A stretch of DNA of 64,000 nucleotides. Source: an uncultured Alphaproteobacteria bacterium. Its GTDB lineage: Bacteria > Pseudomonadota > Alphaproteobacteria > CAAHEQ01 > UBA3637. Position 1 is the first letter of the stretch. Each line of letters starts with the position of its first letter. The notes under the pieces are model-generated. The model saw only the letters and a list, made by a program, of their open reading frames with translations. It made no database searches and was not told the DNA's origin. Shown one piece after another: positions 42,101 to 51,181 of this stretch. A program made the position numbers and the translations under genes. The stretch covers positions 289,020 to 353,019 of the forward strand of contig CALXVP010000001.1 of assembly GCA_944392125.1 (NCBI GenBank). The letters run 5' to 3'.

Positions 42101-45100
42101 GGGCGGGAGTGGCGCAACAACGAATAATACCTCCGTTGCCGATGCACAAGTTGATATGAACGGCAAGAGCAATGTAGCCGTCAATAATGTTGCCATCAAT
42201 GCAACCAATACGTTTGAAAAGAAAAACAGTGCAAATCAGGCCGAAGTGAATATCAATTCGGGCAGTGGCGGAATTGTGGATGCGGCAGCCGTTCAAAGCG
42301 AAACAACAACGAATCATTCGGCCAAAGTTGTGTTCGGCAAAGAGGCACAGTTCAATCAAAATACGGGTAAAAAATCATCCAGCATCAATGCAACGGCCGA
42401 TGAGGCGTCGGTTGATGGATTTACCGTGAACGCCGTCAATAATATCACGGCGGAAGATAAAGTCAGATTAGTGAGCGGCGGGGCCATACCGATTGCCAAA
42501 ATCATTACAAAAATCAAAGATAATGCCGATTCTTTGATTGAAATAAACGGCTCGATTTCTTCGGGACAAGATATTGTGATGAATGCCCATGATAACGTTA
42601 ACATCACAACCGACGGGGAAGCCAGCACTTACGGTCTGTCGGCCGTTGCCGGCGGGGAAGCGGAATCTTCATCCGTTGCGAACAATACCATTCGTTTGGC
42701 AGACGGAAGCAGTCTCTATTCGGATAAAAATGTTTATCTTTCCGCCGGACAGGTTAAGGAAGATCAATCCAACAAAACGACATTAAAATCGCTGACGCAA
42801 TTATGGAATAATTCTGCCGTTCCCATCTCGGATAATACGGCAAGGGCTCAACTCAATTTAACAAATTTAATTGATTTACAAAAGGGCTCTGTTTTAAAGA
42901 GCGGGCAAGATGCTTTTCTGACATCACAAACATCGCAGGAATATGAAATCGTCGGACAAGCAGATTCGCATAATCCGTATAACCAAGCCTTCGCAACAAA
43001 TGCAACGACCTACGATTCGGACGGACTGCATGAAAATTCCGCCATTGCGATTAACGGCAGTCTCTTTGCCGGCGTGAATAATGAGAAACATATCACGATT
43101 GATCAAGACGGCCATGTGCATGTTGTCGGGGCGAACGGCAAAGAAGAAGATGCTTCGCAATACTATACGGAAACGCAAAAAAGTTTATATACCGAAATGC
43201 AAACGCAAATGACCAACTTACAACAAATGTTGGCCGACTATGGAAATGATCCGGTATACAAAGCCTTTTACGAACAAGAAATCAATGCGCTGAAAGAGCA
43301 AATGAAAGCCATGGGCTTATTGGTTGAATATGTCGATAAAGGTGGAAACGAACAATTTTATATTCGCGAAGATATAACAACACCTTATATTCAAATTCAC
43401 GATTTGCAAGCCGGTGCGGGCGCCGTTGAATTGCTGACAGACAACGTAACGGGTTCCGGCAATATTGAAACAACGAGCGGTGCCGAAATCAGCATTACCA
43501 ATAACAGCAATCGCTTTTTGGAATTAAATGATTTAACCATCAACGAACGCGAAAGCGGTTTATTGCGCTATAATCATAAAACGGTGTCTCCAACCGCTGA
43601 AACGGATTCAAGTGGCTTTTATGATACATTTACCGGTCAAGTCAACCTGGCTTCCGGCGATACAACGGATCAATCCATCACGATTAAATCAACTTATGTT
43701 GAAAATACGGATACGGGTATTGCTCTATCGCCGAGTGTTGATATTTTAGGCAACGTTATCAATTATAACGGCAATATAGATATCACTGCTGCCGGCGCTA
43801 TTTATACCGACGGCGTTGTTCGCGGAAAGTCAATCAATATGACAACGGGTGGCGCCATTGTGCAAAAAGCGAACGATTTGGTTTATCATGTCGGCGGAGA
43901 TCCCTCGTCGGCATGGAACGACACAGCCTCTAAAAATGAAGCGGGTAGCAGTTCGGCAACACCCAACGTTTCGCAAGATTTAGCCAGCTATGATTCCGCT
44001 TTGATTGCGTCGGGCAATATCTATCTCAGCGGGCGTTACTTAAATTTGAACGGGTTGGTTCAAAGCGGAACGAGTGATTTTAAAATGAATCTGCAAGATG
44101 GTCATTTAAAATTAACATCGGCAGGAAAAACGCTCACGGTTGAGCAGGCAAAGGCCGACTATGCGTCAAAAGCGCAAACAAACGCAGATGCTTCACCGCT
44201 TTATGCGCTCGTTAAAGATGATAATAATAATGTAACGGCCTATTTCAACGTATTAACGAATCAAATTGAAATAGACGATGTGCGCATTCAGGGCGGTTAT
44301 ATTGAATTACACGGGCAAATTATGAATACGTCTGCTTCCACCGGTGAATTACGAGTTGCAGACGGCTACGGGCGGTTATCCGTCAACAATAAATCGGGAT
44401 ATGATATTGTGTTAAACAATGTCAATTTAAACGAAAAAATCATCGGAATGATTAAAATTACCGATACGGGCAAAAATAATGAAACAACCGTTTATCTGCG
44501 AGACGGTAATACAATCAGGCAAGATGTATTCGCAGCGGACGGCACGCAAAAAAGTAGCACAACCATTACGGCCGGCATTGATGAAAACGGTTATTCGTCA
44601 ACAACATACAATACGGCTTCGGGTCAGCGTTATCAATGGATGACGGGTATTGAAACCACCACCCAAAGAGAAACAACCTACAATACCAGCACGTTCTGGG
44701 ATATTGACTGGCTTTCGCCCGATGATGATGATATTATTGCTTTCAAAGAATGGAATTTAACGGATAGTCCTTTGCGCGAAGGCGAAAGCGTATTAACGGC
44801 GCAAAATAATCCGTATACTTATTCATTTTCAAAACAAACCGTGACGTTAAACGATTGGACGGAAGTCAATCGCAAACAGTGGACGGATACAAAGGGCTGG
44901 TGGATTTTCTCAACCCAAGAAAATTACACGAAGATTACGGAGCAAAAAGGCACAAAAACTTACTATACGCACTCTTTAAAAGCCGATAATCCGATTAAAG
45001 TTTCTTTCAGCGGTTTCCAAACAGGGCAAACAGACGTTCAAAGCAACGGCAACATTTATTTGCAAGGCGATATTCTCACCAAAAACGGTTCGGTTGTATT

Positions 45101-48100
45101 AAACAGCACGAACGGCAAAATCGATTCGCTTTCCAATGCAGCATCCGTGAATGCCGATACCATTCACCTCTCGGCGCAAACAGGCATCGGAGCAGAAGAA
45201 TCCCTCAATATTACCTTAACGGGTAACGGCTTATTAACTGCCGATAATACCGGAACGGGGGATATTTCCCTAAATGCACTCAGTGGGAACGTTCTGTTTG
45301 ATAACATTACGACGGCTGACGGGGATATTTCCGTTCACGCATTCGGGAATATCACGGGCGATACATCGCAATCCCTTATCAGCGGAAATCATTTAACCTT
45401 AACGGCAGAGAACGGCACGATTTCTACAAAAGACAATGGTGCGTTAAATATTCAAACCTCATCAACCGATGGCACACTCACGGCTTTTGCCGACGGCGAT
45501 ATTAAATTAACGCAAGCAAACGGCGATCTCGGTATTGTGCAAGTTGCTTCACGGCAAGGAAATGTGGAATTAACCGCTTTGCAAGGAGGCATTTATGATG
45601 CCAACGATGAATCGCAAGAAAACCAGCAAACAAAAGCCGAGTTGGAAAAACGTTGGGAAAATATGGGCTTAACGGGTTTAAGCGGTGAATTGTTGGATAA
45701 AGCAGTAGAAGCGTTTGAAAATCAAAAAACGGCAGAATATCAAGCCTATTGGGAGCAACGGAATCAAACGGGCAACACGCAATTTACTTATTCGGCTGAA
45801 GAAAAAGCCGTTTTAAGCGATAGTTTAATTCGCTCCGTAAAAACGGAAAAAGAAATTGCCAAGATGAGTAGCGATGAAATTCGCGCCATAACAGATCCGA
45901 TGATTACCGCATTAGAGGCGGAAATAACGGCTCGTTTTGAAGATACCGTTTATGATACTTCCTACCGTTACACGGCCACAAGCGAAGATAAGGCGCAACT
46001 GGCGCGCGGTGCCGGTTGGAATAAATCGCAACTGGAGTATAGTTTTGCGGTGGCGAAATTAGATACGCAAGTCGGCACGCAAACAACTGTGGAAGAGCCG
46101 AATCTCGTCGGGAAAAAGGTTGTGGTTAATGCCAATGGGTCTATCGGACGGGATAACGGGGAAATCACCTTATCGGTAGACGATATGGAAAATTGGTCCG
46201 AGCAAGAGAAGCTGATATTTACGGCGGCCGAAAGGGATAATGTCAGTCTATCGGAAGATGGCAAAGAAGTAACCGTATCATTACGTGAAGATTTAGATAT
46301 TCACGCCTCCGATTCCTTAACATTGCAGGCAAAAGACTATGTTTATCTCGGGGCAGAAGAGAATATCTACATTGATAAAATCATGGCCGGAGACGAAACC
46401 AATCGGCAAAATATCTCCATTGCGGGAGCCGGCAATATCTATCAAGTTTCCACGGATTCATCGCCGGCATTAACGGGGAACGACGTGGTATTAGAATCCG
46501 CAAACGGCAGTATCGGCACACAAGATATTCCCGTTTCCGTTGATTTAGTCGGCAAAATCAATGCCCGCGCTCAAAACGATATTTATCTGACGAGTGTAGA
46601 TAAAAACGGAGCGTTAAATGATTTGAATGTTGACTATTTATATGCAGCCAATCAAATCGGATTAACCGGCAAAAACATCTCGGATAGCCGAAATGATGAC
46701 CTTGTCAACATTCGGTCAAATAAAGTCATTTTAAATGCGTCGGAAGATATCGGATCAGCGGAAAATGCGGTAGACGTTGCATTAACAAACACCGATGATT
46801 CATCTGAACTCATCACCGTTTCCGGCAAAAACACACACATCCAAAATGCCGAATCCGGTCAGTTAACCATCACGGCCGAAAGCGGGGAAAATTTAACGGT
46901 TACGGCACCGAGCGGGAATATTTATGTTGCAAAGGCAACGGCAAAGGGGAATACCGACCTGACGGCGCAAGCGGGTGATATGGATATTGAAACAATTTCG
47001 GCAGATGGGAATATGCGACTATATGCCGATCAGTCACTCCGTATCAATCAGGCTCAAAGCAATGGAAATATGGATTTGCAAAGCGGTGATTTAACGGCCG
47101 AAAATATTTTAAGTGGCGATACATTGTCAATCCAAGCGCATACCAGCGATATTTTCATTAACACGGCCGAAAGCAATCACGATGCGACCATTATTGCAGA
47201 TGCAGGCAACATTACCATTCAAAACGGTTTACTCTCACGGCTCGGCAACGGTATTGTTAAGGCATTGAAAAAGGCATTAACGGCGCACCGCATTGAAACA
47301 GCTCAATCTTTAACGGTTGAAACCGGCAGTGATTTGCAAGCCGACACGCTGGTGAGTGGCACAAATGCCGACATTACCGTCGGCGGAAAAGGCGTGATTG
47401 ACTCCTTAATCAGTGGGGCGGATATAACCTTGACGGTGGAGAAAGATGCCGAAATTGAATCGCTTGACGCCACGGGTAATGCCACGATTTCCATCGGGAA
47501 GAATGCAGCCATTCAATCGGCACAGGCAGATAAAAATATCACGCTTACGGTTCAAAACGGAAGCACAACCGTAAACAAACTGTCAAGCGGGGAGAAAACA
47601 ACGCTTGTTGCAAACGGCGGAGATGTTTTACTGAACGAAGTTGTGTCGGGCGATGATATTGCAGGCGAAACGAATAACGGGAACGTTTTGATTAACAATA
47701 TGAAATCAAATAAAAATATTTCTTTTACCGCTCAAAACGGGGATTTGGATATTGGGTTAATTGAAGCGATGAACGGCTCGGCAACGCTGTCGGCAGAGCA
47801 AGGCAACATCATGGGAATAACCGACGATACCTCTGTTCGCGCGCAAACGGTTACATTAGGACTTGCAGGTCAAAATATCGGCTCAGAGAATCGTCCGATG
47901 AAAATTGAAGCGAATTTAGCCAACGCCTCGGCCAAAGAGAATATTTATGTATCCCTGCGTTCGCCGGATGAAACGGCTACCGATACCCATTTCGGCACAT
48001 TTACCTCCGAAAGCGGGAATATCACATTAACTGCCGAAAATGAAAATGCCGTTTTAAATGGCGAAGTATCGGCTCGGAACGGGCATATTTCACTCTTTGC

Positions 48101-48872
48101 CAATCAATCCATTCAGGATAAGGCACAAAGCGAAAACGGCACATTACAAGCCAACACACTTACGCTCATGGCTCAAAACGGTAAAATCGGCGATGAATCC
48201 GCCTATATTCAAGTTGATTCATCTACTTTGCAAGACGGTTGGATTGATGCTCAGGCTTCCAACGGAATTTTCATCAATGAAACCAAAGGGCCCATGTATG
48301 TGCGTCAACTGGCGGTAGAAGACGGGGATTTAAAAATGCACGTTAATTCAAGCATTTTAGGCGCCAAGAATACCGATAAAGAACCACATATTATTGCCGA
48401 GAGCATTGAACTGCATTCAAATGAAGGCAGTATCGGTTCATCGGATAACGGGTTAGTTATGCAAATTAACGATACCCGACCGGGACGCATCAATTTGCAA
48501 GCGGCAACGGGCATTCACTTTGAAAAGACAACTTCCGATTTATGGTCTGACTATATGGTCATTACGGATAGCGGAAAAATACAGGCATACTTCCCGAGCG
48601 GACATGTGCGTGTTCAATACCTGCAAGCACCGAACGGGGCCGATTTCTTGTTTACGGATCGCGGGCAACGCTCTAACCTCTGGCTGGCAACAAAGGATAT
48701 TGAAAGCGTTTTGCTTGATTCAAAAGCCATGCAAAATCCGTTAAAACAAAATCAACCGCAAGATCAAACACCTTTTGAATGGTCATACGAATTGCAATTC
48801 AAAAATCATGCCGGCCAAATTATGGAAAAAGAAGATTGGAAAGATTATTTTATTGAAGCAAGTTTGAAATAA
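33192..48872 (+). CDS. Giant TpsA exoprotein (filamentous-hemagglutinin-like, ~5.2k aa)
   Basis: Signal peptide, then a TPS domain (NAFNSF...LLLNPNGIMVGANG) and long beta-helical repeats. RBS aagggg upstream. The start codon overlaps the tpsB stop. Confidence 0.85.
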   Translation: MKNGQHTHSMNIHTNHVSEKTNRVHQSQTQGKEKTASKIAKPQIDWIKTYKFLLNTMIFICPSIATAQMIRPDGMTATNVNVNGNIYNVTTGTVSGNNAFNSFHTFDVYKGTTVNLILPNQTQNLINLIHDKATNIDGILNSYQNGQIGGNVLLLNPNGIMVGANGVVNVGSITMATPDAAFLKTLVSNGKINQTAVNAVLDGDMPISPSGTVSVKGKIKAQKKVAVRAQHVKNEGEIRVKPNLSDLVNTGNAQIEHQDISIKDGAIIINAEQDFTNAGTIAVEGKNNKKTNGINIQAGNDIVLEKNAVISADGKGVNSSGGDIILKAKNDAVLKEGSKLSAKGGASGDGGFIELSADNRVDLAGGQFDTSAQDGETGVAYIDPDTVEISQDQTSSSNIVIEGRVVSVKDNVKLTAKNADITITAKNGAKDGNDYTSGTLTNGKAVAGITIGKNAQLDADNINLSALNVIETGWGSSGEPSLSGFLGVSLLDAETYIRLSQGASLSADNDISLNLESIAKAKATVGTMVVSASYAELNHTAEISVTDAIMNAGGNISLKSALLSSVDLDAYTVASKDSNVATGFAGSFAYGQMFSDNTISVSGGSVTAGKNINVEATTDKNMTVKAATVGLISSVGALDVAIAESEVNNKALINSAVSGKDVNVVSDIHSITSTNASGNAGLGNLGSKFVGAVENKVQALTPDAILNLITSTGAGKKITDAADNHQQGQTQGQKATIKIAGAISYVDHQNTAEAVIGAQGDVQAQNDINVQSKVYDVATNAAEASASGGSSDDNQAKNAVAAAVTIADFQNTSRAYISGNAQVDAVHRLNVQSDVIMPPKYTAEGSTYFNLSSLKKGESEGFWNDFVDSSETLWGTIFEHANTNLGILDEFYNSWAKSSANLDNPDDSDQQFAGNGSVNLTDYWNNSVAFIGEGAKINQRNTAQAGNRVVDVNAGTDVTGVNLGGMVGLPSSTETGQGVGVGASFMMTRYNNTTGAFIGNNAKVDAEGLNVSAELENQNISTTVAFGKSENLGINGMMNFLKTENNTIAQVSGGAQVSVNGGIDKNAYKDATGKNYTERDGTIKSYDAVHIRTYEDSLFVNATGDMAKKDGGSTVVAAVTVSQVNRLAHAVLGDIRTDLMSTTALSNWQKALQSGDTLLYDLTRTGASDGYFSTPSALNVTADADGLNVSVAIAASKTKSDAGNVPGVDVSDPDDVEDGVELEDFDEEEVEAPADITSEDQKQKGKFGMGISASFSWNQFANDVAAYLKNARYNGRDTRNANDINLTAGDKTESYAVTGGVSLELAKNKGTNVAVGASASYNTIQDNVRAVIDNSSVSNVKDVTADAQNNTKMMALAIGAAAGMAENGVTLNGSATVNDIANTTEASILNSTITGRNIRLTAKDKSWLLQTGLGLSVSNNAGGGAVAGWNNVSNTVKALAQNNQITAGDLTLNASNEMDIRSISTGGAASAKGAVALTGAYNNISNTTEASVTGSQTDDEAQKIKVDSASLTATDDSDILAISTGAGIGKKLGANIVVGVNRIGNTTRAGFETVDVAGTAQKSPVFKATAVNKGVIRSFANSVGVGEYGGLGNVGTYNSIYNTTETFSRNALLSGTSLSFSSQDRSYILAETAGAGISSGIGLGLAVSINRIGNTLRAVAENSKLNMTGDVSLTAQSYPSDTAPTDDLPQEAGDISALDDVDKRSITTITVGAGVGNYGAGLAGTYADVQNTIESAIKGGTVQAQNIQLSAIDQANILNIGVAAGGGKTAGIAGLSTTNIIKNQVKATIGYDKDEKNTATDITTDENIRLTAAENSTINAITAAAAGGGSAGVAGNIAYNEISNSIQTGINQAGVSVDGSIDLTALAQDNANFYYGTVAGGAGVGVGGVIGLNFLNNKASANIDSSDLIVNGTTAIDNRYGLITNATVSDDVAIYGGSAGGAGNIGISGSVGFAQVNNEAETKLTESSVTTDSPSANNSGADMNATNETAVQIYAGAVGGAGSTGIGGAVTTAVIRNNTIARAEKSYLDLPGDISLDASDTTHFNGAVVAGGGAGGTGIGASVNVALIENTVDSALDSSIAKAGKNLSVEATGVTGIGKSGVPAEENDDFKNNAFVIGGAGVGGTLGLGISMNVAQVQNTVSAKIKNSHAQATENLSVSADDTTHITDYIIAAGMGGMAGVAGSLGVHYVDSSVTAGIESDQETISVGNINEITQAAGKNISVTADNNMNHQTVMTVVGAGGTGVGASVNVSTLRGSTDAHIQGAMDIIADEDISVDALTTRGTDIKVITGGGGGMAGVAGAISVSTLGHGDNNSSAYTSGTQDGEKQGTDDTVAQYLAENEKALNSAQSQKLFMTKDAEDTGIKKSDSLSVQINSSEGNGSLSGKESSSNTNNQQSNLSAENASERFKGTRAFIDLGNKALTAGQDIQVSAKDTVNSQTLNGGVGVGGFAAVGASVAVANIDTNTQAFIQNATVVASGDVSVESGLDETADALTFAAAGAQSYALSGAISVVNSHNINDSFLGNNAVISKAKNLSVRTNGDATLSAETIGASVSMTAGVGASVTEINKSGESNAWIDSNASVGQEVYYAKEDTDYTNPLTRAEMEEIIGRPISDSDFTSGEMGADGKTTVYYLKGDTAKKRPFTATEKEAYISLYNADLPTEDDFVHFAKGEQVETLLVNAIDTVNLTAETTAAAGGVVSGAGTSSGATISDKQKAVINSGADIAVLKSADIKTNASAKANATTLGVAVGGAAVSTSLSRAEINLDNTAEVQDNVTLSAENATVEAYQSKADAFTDSLAAAGALLAGNGADSNSTVSGRVSADIGAGAEITAKDTLSVTAKAMQNANAVASAYRGGLLAAGAALADSRTNVDTRTRFENGVIIEADSLNLNAVNDITLYGETVSGSGSLIGGAAAISTTANDSSAQVQLGTSETNPESESLYNLNSLSVTAENKIKQNAFSDSINASLLGGSGATTNNTSVADAQVDMNGKSNVAVNNVAINATNTFEKKNSANQAEVNINSGSGGIVDAAAVQSETTTNHSAKVVFGKEAQFNQNTGKKSSSINATADEASVDGFTVNAVNNITAEDKVRLVSGGAIPIAKIITKIKDNADSLIEINGSISSGQDIVMNAHDNVNITTDGEASTYGLSAVAGGEAESSSVANNTIRLADGSSLYSDKNVYLSAGQVKEDQSNKTTLKSLTQLWNNSAVPISDNTARAQLNLTNLIDLQKGSVLKSGQDAFLTSQTSQEYEIVGQADSHNPYNQAFATNATTYDSDGLHENSAIAINGSLFAGVNNEKHITIDQDGHVHVVGANGKEEDASQYYTETQKSLYTEMQTQMTNLQQMLADYGNDPVYKAFYEQEINALKEQMKAMGLLVEYVDKGGNEQFYIREDITTPYIQIHDLQAGAGAVELLTDNVTGSGNIETTSGAEISITNNSNRFLELNDLTINERESGLLRYNHKTVSPTAETDSSGFYDTFTGQVNLASGDTTDQSITIKSTYVENTDTGIALSPSVDILGNVINYNGNIDITAAGAIYTDGVVRGKSINMTTGGAIVQKANDLVYHVGGDPSSAWNDTASKNEAGSSSATPNVSQDLASYDSALIASGNIYLSGRYLNLNGLVQSGTSDFKMNLQDGHLKLTSAGKTLTVEQAKADYASKAQTNADASPLYALVKDDNNNVTAYFNVLTNQIEIDDVRIQGGYIELHGQIMNTSASTGELRVADGYGRLSVNNKSGYDIVLNNVNLNEKIIGMIKITDTGKNNETTVYLRDGNTIRQDVFAADGTQKSSTTITAGIDENGYSSTTYNTASGQRYQWMTGIETTTQRETTYNTSTFWDIDWLSPDDDDIIAFKEWNLTDSPLREGESVLTAQNNPYTYSFSKQTVTLNDWTEVNRKQWTDTKGWWIFSTQENYTKITEQKGTKTYYTHSLKADNPIKVSFSGFQTGQTDVQSNGNIYLQGDILTKNGSVVLNSTNGKIDSLSNAASVNADTIHLSAQTGIGAEESLNITLTGNGLLTADNTGTGDISLNALSGNVLFDNITTADGDISVHAFGNITGDTSQSLISGNHLTLTAENGTISTKDNGALNIQTSSTDGTLTAFADGDIKLTQANGDLGIVQVASRQGNVELTALQGGIYDANDESQENQQTKAELEKRWENMGLTGLSGELLDKAVEAFENQKTAEYQAYWEQRNQTGNTQFTYSAEEKAVLSDSLIRSVKTEKEIAKMSSDEIRAITDPMITALEAEITARFEDTVYDTSYRYTATSEDKAQLARGAGWNKSQLEYSFAVAKLDTQVGTQTTVEEPNLVGKKVVVNANGSIGRDNGEITLSVDDMENWSEQEKLIFTAAERDNVSLSEDGKEVTVSLREDLDIHASDSLTLQAKDYVYLGAEENIYIDKIMAGDETNRQNISIAGAGNIYQVSTDSSPALTGNDVVLESANGSIGTQDIPVSVDLVGKINARAQNDIYLTSVDKNGALNDLNVDYLYAANQIGLTGKNISDSRNDDLVNIRSNKVILNASEDIGSAENAVDVALTNTDDSSELITVSGKNTHIQNAESGQLTITAESGENLTVTAPSGNIYVAKATAKGNTDLTAQAGDMDIETISADGNMRLYADQSLRINQAQSNGNMDLQSGDLTAENILSGDTLSIQAHTSDIFINTAESNHDATIIADAGNITIQNGLLSRLGNGIVKALKKALTAHRIETAQSLTVETGSDLQADTLVSGTNADITVGGKGVIDSLISGADITLTVEKDAEIESLDATGNATISIGKNAAIQSAQADKNITLTVQNGSTTVNKLSSGEKTTLVANGGDVLLNEVVSGDDIAGETNNGNVLINNMKSNKNISFTAQNGDLDIGLIEAMNGSATLSAEQGNIMGITDDTSVRAQTVTLGLAGQNIGSENRPMKIEANLANASAKENIYVSLRSPDETATDTHFGTFTSESGNITLTAENENAVLNGEVSARNGHISLFANQSIQDKAQSENGTLQANTLTLMAQNGKIGDESAYIQVDSSTLQDGWIDAQASNGIFINETKGPMYVRQLAVEDGDLKMHVNSSILGAKNTDKEPHIIAESIELHSNEGSIGSSDNGLVMQINDTRPGRINLQAATGIHFEKTTSDLWSDYMVITDSGKIQAYFPSGHVRVQYLQAPNGADFLFTDRGQRSNLWLATKDIESVLLDSKAMQNPLKQNQPQDQTPFEWSYELQFKNHAGQIMEKEDWKDYFIEASLK

Positions 48873-49096
48873 GTCTCTTTTTATCATTGTCCAACAATGC
48901 AGGATTATCAACGCCGTTTAAGGGGTTGATTTTCCTGTAAGCGTGGTGTAATTTTGATGAGCAAGGAAAAAGGATATATGTTTTGATTGCATACCCGTGC
49001 CCAAGCAGAATAGCAACAGACTAAATTCGCATTCGGTTCAAAACGGCGTATTATCCGCATGACAATAAAAAACAAAAACGGGGGATAGAAATAAAA

Positions 49097-49555
49097 ATGA
49101 TTAAAGTTGTATTTGTGTGTTTGGGCAATATTTGCCGTTCACCCATGGCAGAATTTATTTTTAAACAAATGGTTAGCGAACGCGGATTAGATAATGAATT
49201 TCAAATAGCCTCACGCGCCACGGAAAAATATAATGAACTTTGTCATGCCGGTATTCACCCGCGCACAAAACAAATTTTGCAAGAAATGCACATTCCTTTT
49301 CAAGAGCATTTTTCGCGTCAAATCCGCAAAAATGAATACGATGATTTTGATTATATTCTGGCCATGGATTCGCAAAACGTATCCGATTTACATCAACTGT
49401 TAGGACCTGACCATCAGCATAAAATTTTCCGATTGCTTGATTTTACCCCAAATCCGCTCAACATTAAAGACCCGTGGTATACGGGGAATTTTGATGAAAC
49501 ATACTGGGATATAACGGAAGGATGCGAAGCGTTTTTATCGTTTTTAAAGAAATAA
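49097..49555 (+). CDS. Low-molecular-weight protein-tyrosine phosphatase
   Basis: P-loop CLGNICRSP and a DPWY loop. Confidence 0.85.
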   Translation: MIKVVFVCLGNICRSPMAEFIFKQMVSERGLDNEFQIASRATEKYNELCHAGIHPRTKQILQEMHIPFQEHFSRQIRKNEYDDFDYILAMDSQNVSDLHQLLGPDHQHKIFRLLDFTPNPLNIKDPWYTGNFDETYWDITEGCEAFLSFLKK

Positions 49556-49648
49556 ATACAACCGCACGAACGGGTTTTTAAAATTTCGTTAAAAAAGATT
49601 TTGAAATTTCCTTGCAATCAGATAAAAGAAGAGTATAATGAAAGAATG

Positions 49649-51181
49649 AAAAAGTTTACGCTGCTTTTAGGTTTAACACTCACATTCATCGGCACAAGCG
49701 CTTTTGCCGAATCGTTTTTATTGGATGAACAGCGCATTTACACGCAAAACAATAAGTGCTATATCAACTATTTAACCGAAAAAAATACCAGTGGCTGGTA
49801 TGCCGAAACGAATCGCGAAGAATGCGGTGAAAGCGGTGCCTTAACGGGGTATCATAATATTACGATATATAATGCCTTTTCAAAACCGATTGAAAAATTA
49901 TACGGCTACTTTTCCAATGGCTATTGGACGGGAGATTCCTTTTTAAAACAAGTTGAATTTAATCGCTTTTCGGATGAATTGGGGATTCAAAAAGCAACCT
50001 TTAATTTCCCCGGAGAAAATAAACCAAGCGGTATGCATTATATCGGGCAAATGGTTACACAAAAAACATCATCCGGCACCTACCCTGCTTTTCGTGTTTG
50101 TTCACCGATGCGCGTTTTAGGGATTGTTGATGATGTGAAGAAGCTGGACGACCCGCACTTTTTGCAACGCATATTTACGTATGTTGAACGTAAAGTGCGG
50201 TTAATGTGTCCCACGGATGAGCGTGTGATGCTGTTTTTAAGTTCATCGGAAAATCCGAAACAGGAAGAAATTGCCGTATTTGTGCGAATGAACTTGAAAA
50301 ACAGACGCCATAAAATCATTCGCGCCGATGAATTGCGAGCCGTTCCGAAGCCGTTAAGAATTAAATCCGAAAAAGGGAAAACGCTCTCTGTTTTCCTCGG
50401 GCAAAAAAAGCCGGATACGGCGCAATCAGCAAAAGAAGCGGAAGATAAAATCATAGCAAATGCCGAATTGGTTGAAGCAGATGAGATTTCTTCGGAAGAT
50501 ATACCGGAAAGCGCCGTGGAAATTTTAACGGATACCGTAACGGAAGACGCACCCAATAATGAAACGACCGCATCGGATGAAACAGACACAAAAAAATCCG
50601 CAACCAGAGATAATACCGCCAAAACAGCGCAACAGAGGGCGACAACGGCAACGCAACAAAATAAAACCAGCGCCCAAAATGAAAAGCCTCTTTCCTCAGC
50701 GGAACAAGCGGCACAAGACGCGGCAGCCTATTTTAATTCCGGCGGAGACGGCGAACAAGGGGAAGATTTAATCGAAGACGAGACATTCAGAATCCCGCGC
50801 CCGAAAAAATCTTATCTGCAACCGCTCGGGAAGAAAGATGAGCGCGGTTTTTCGGATAGATTTCAAGGGCAATCTGCCGAGAGAGATATTTCAAAAACGA
50901 TTGAACCGTTGGCAAACGTCTTCTTAATCAGCAAAGTATTGAATGCGCCCGTAATTGCACGTTCTGCCGTGCATGTTGATGCCATGCACATGGATAATAC
51001 GGGATATGCACTCCGCCCACTTCCCGCAAATTTAGAGGGGAAATACGTGCCTGAAGGGTGGCACATTATTAAAGGATACTTTTATGCGTATCCCGGGGAG
51101 GAAATGCAATCGGGGCAAGGGGTGATTCGCATTATCGGTGCCGAAGAATGCACGCGCGCAATTTGCAGGGAGAAATTATGA
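49649..51181 (+). CDS. Secreted hypothetical protein with acidic/Thr-rich linker
   Basis: Signal peptide MKKFTLLLGLTLTFIGTSAFA at an internal Met, and a low-complexity centre. Confidence 0.45.
   Translation, partial: KKFTLLLGLTLTFIGTSAFAESFLLDEQRIYTQNNKCYINYLTEKNTSGWYAETNREECGESGALTGYHNITIYNAFSKPIEKLYGYFSNGYWTGDSFLKQVEFNRFSDELGIQKATFNFPGENKPSGMHYIGQMVTQKTSSGTYPAFRVCSPMRVLGIVDDVKKLDDPHFLQRIFTYVERKVRLMCPTDERVMLFLSSSENPKQEEIAVFVRMNLKNRRHKIIRADELRAVPKPLRIKSEKGKTLSVFLGQKKPDTAQSAKEAEDKIIANAELVEADEISSEDIPESAVEILTDTVTEDAPNNETTASDETDTKKSATRDNTAKTAQQRATTATQQNKTSAQNEKPLSSAEQAAQDAAAYFNSGGDGEQGEDLIEDETFRIPRPKKSYLQPLGKKDERGFSDRFQGQSAERDISKTIEPLANVFLISKVLNAPVIARSAVHVDAMHMDNTGYALRPLPANLEGKYVPEGWHIIKGYFYAYPGEEMQSGQGVIRIIGAEECTRAICREKL

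Noticed and set aside
33620-48514. Numerous 60-120-aa ORFs antisense or out of frame inside tpsA (for example 33620-33946, 39269-39586, 41144-41497)
   Set aside because: They are entirely embedded in a 15.7-kb continuous ORF with strong TPS homology, so they are ordinary spurious frames.
48600-49555. CDI-type toxin/immunity pair at the TpsA C-terminus
   Set aside because: I found no VENN-like pretoxin motif. The downstream gene is a canonical LMW-PTP, not a small immunity-like ORF. This is not excluded without alignment to orthologs.
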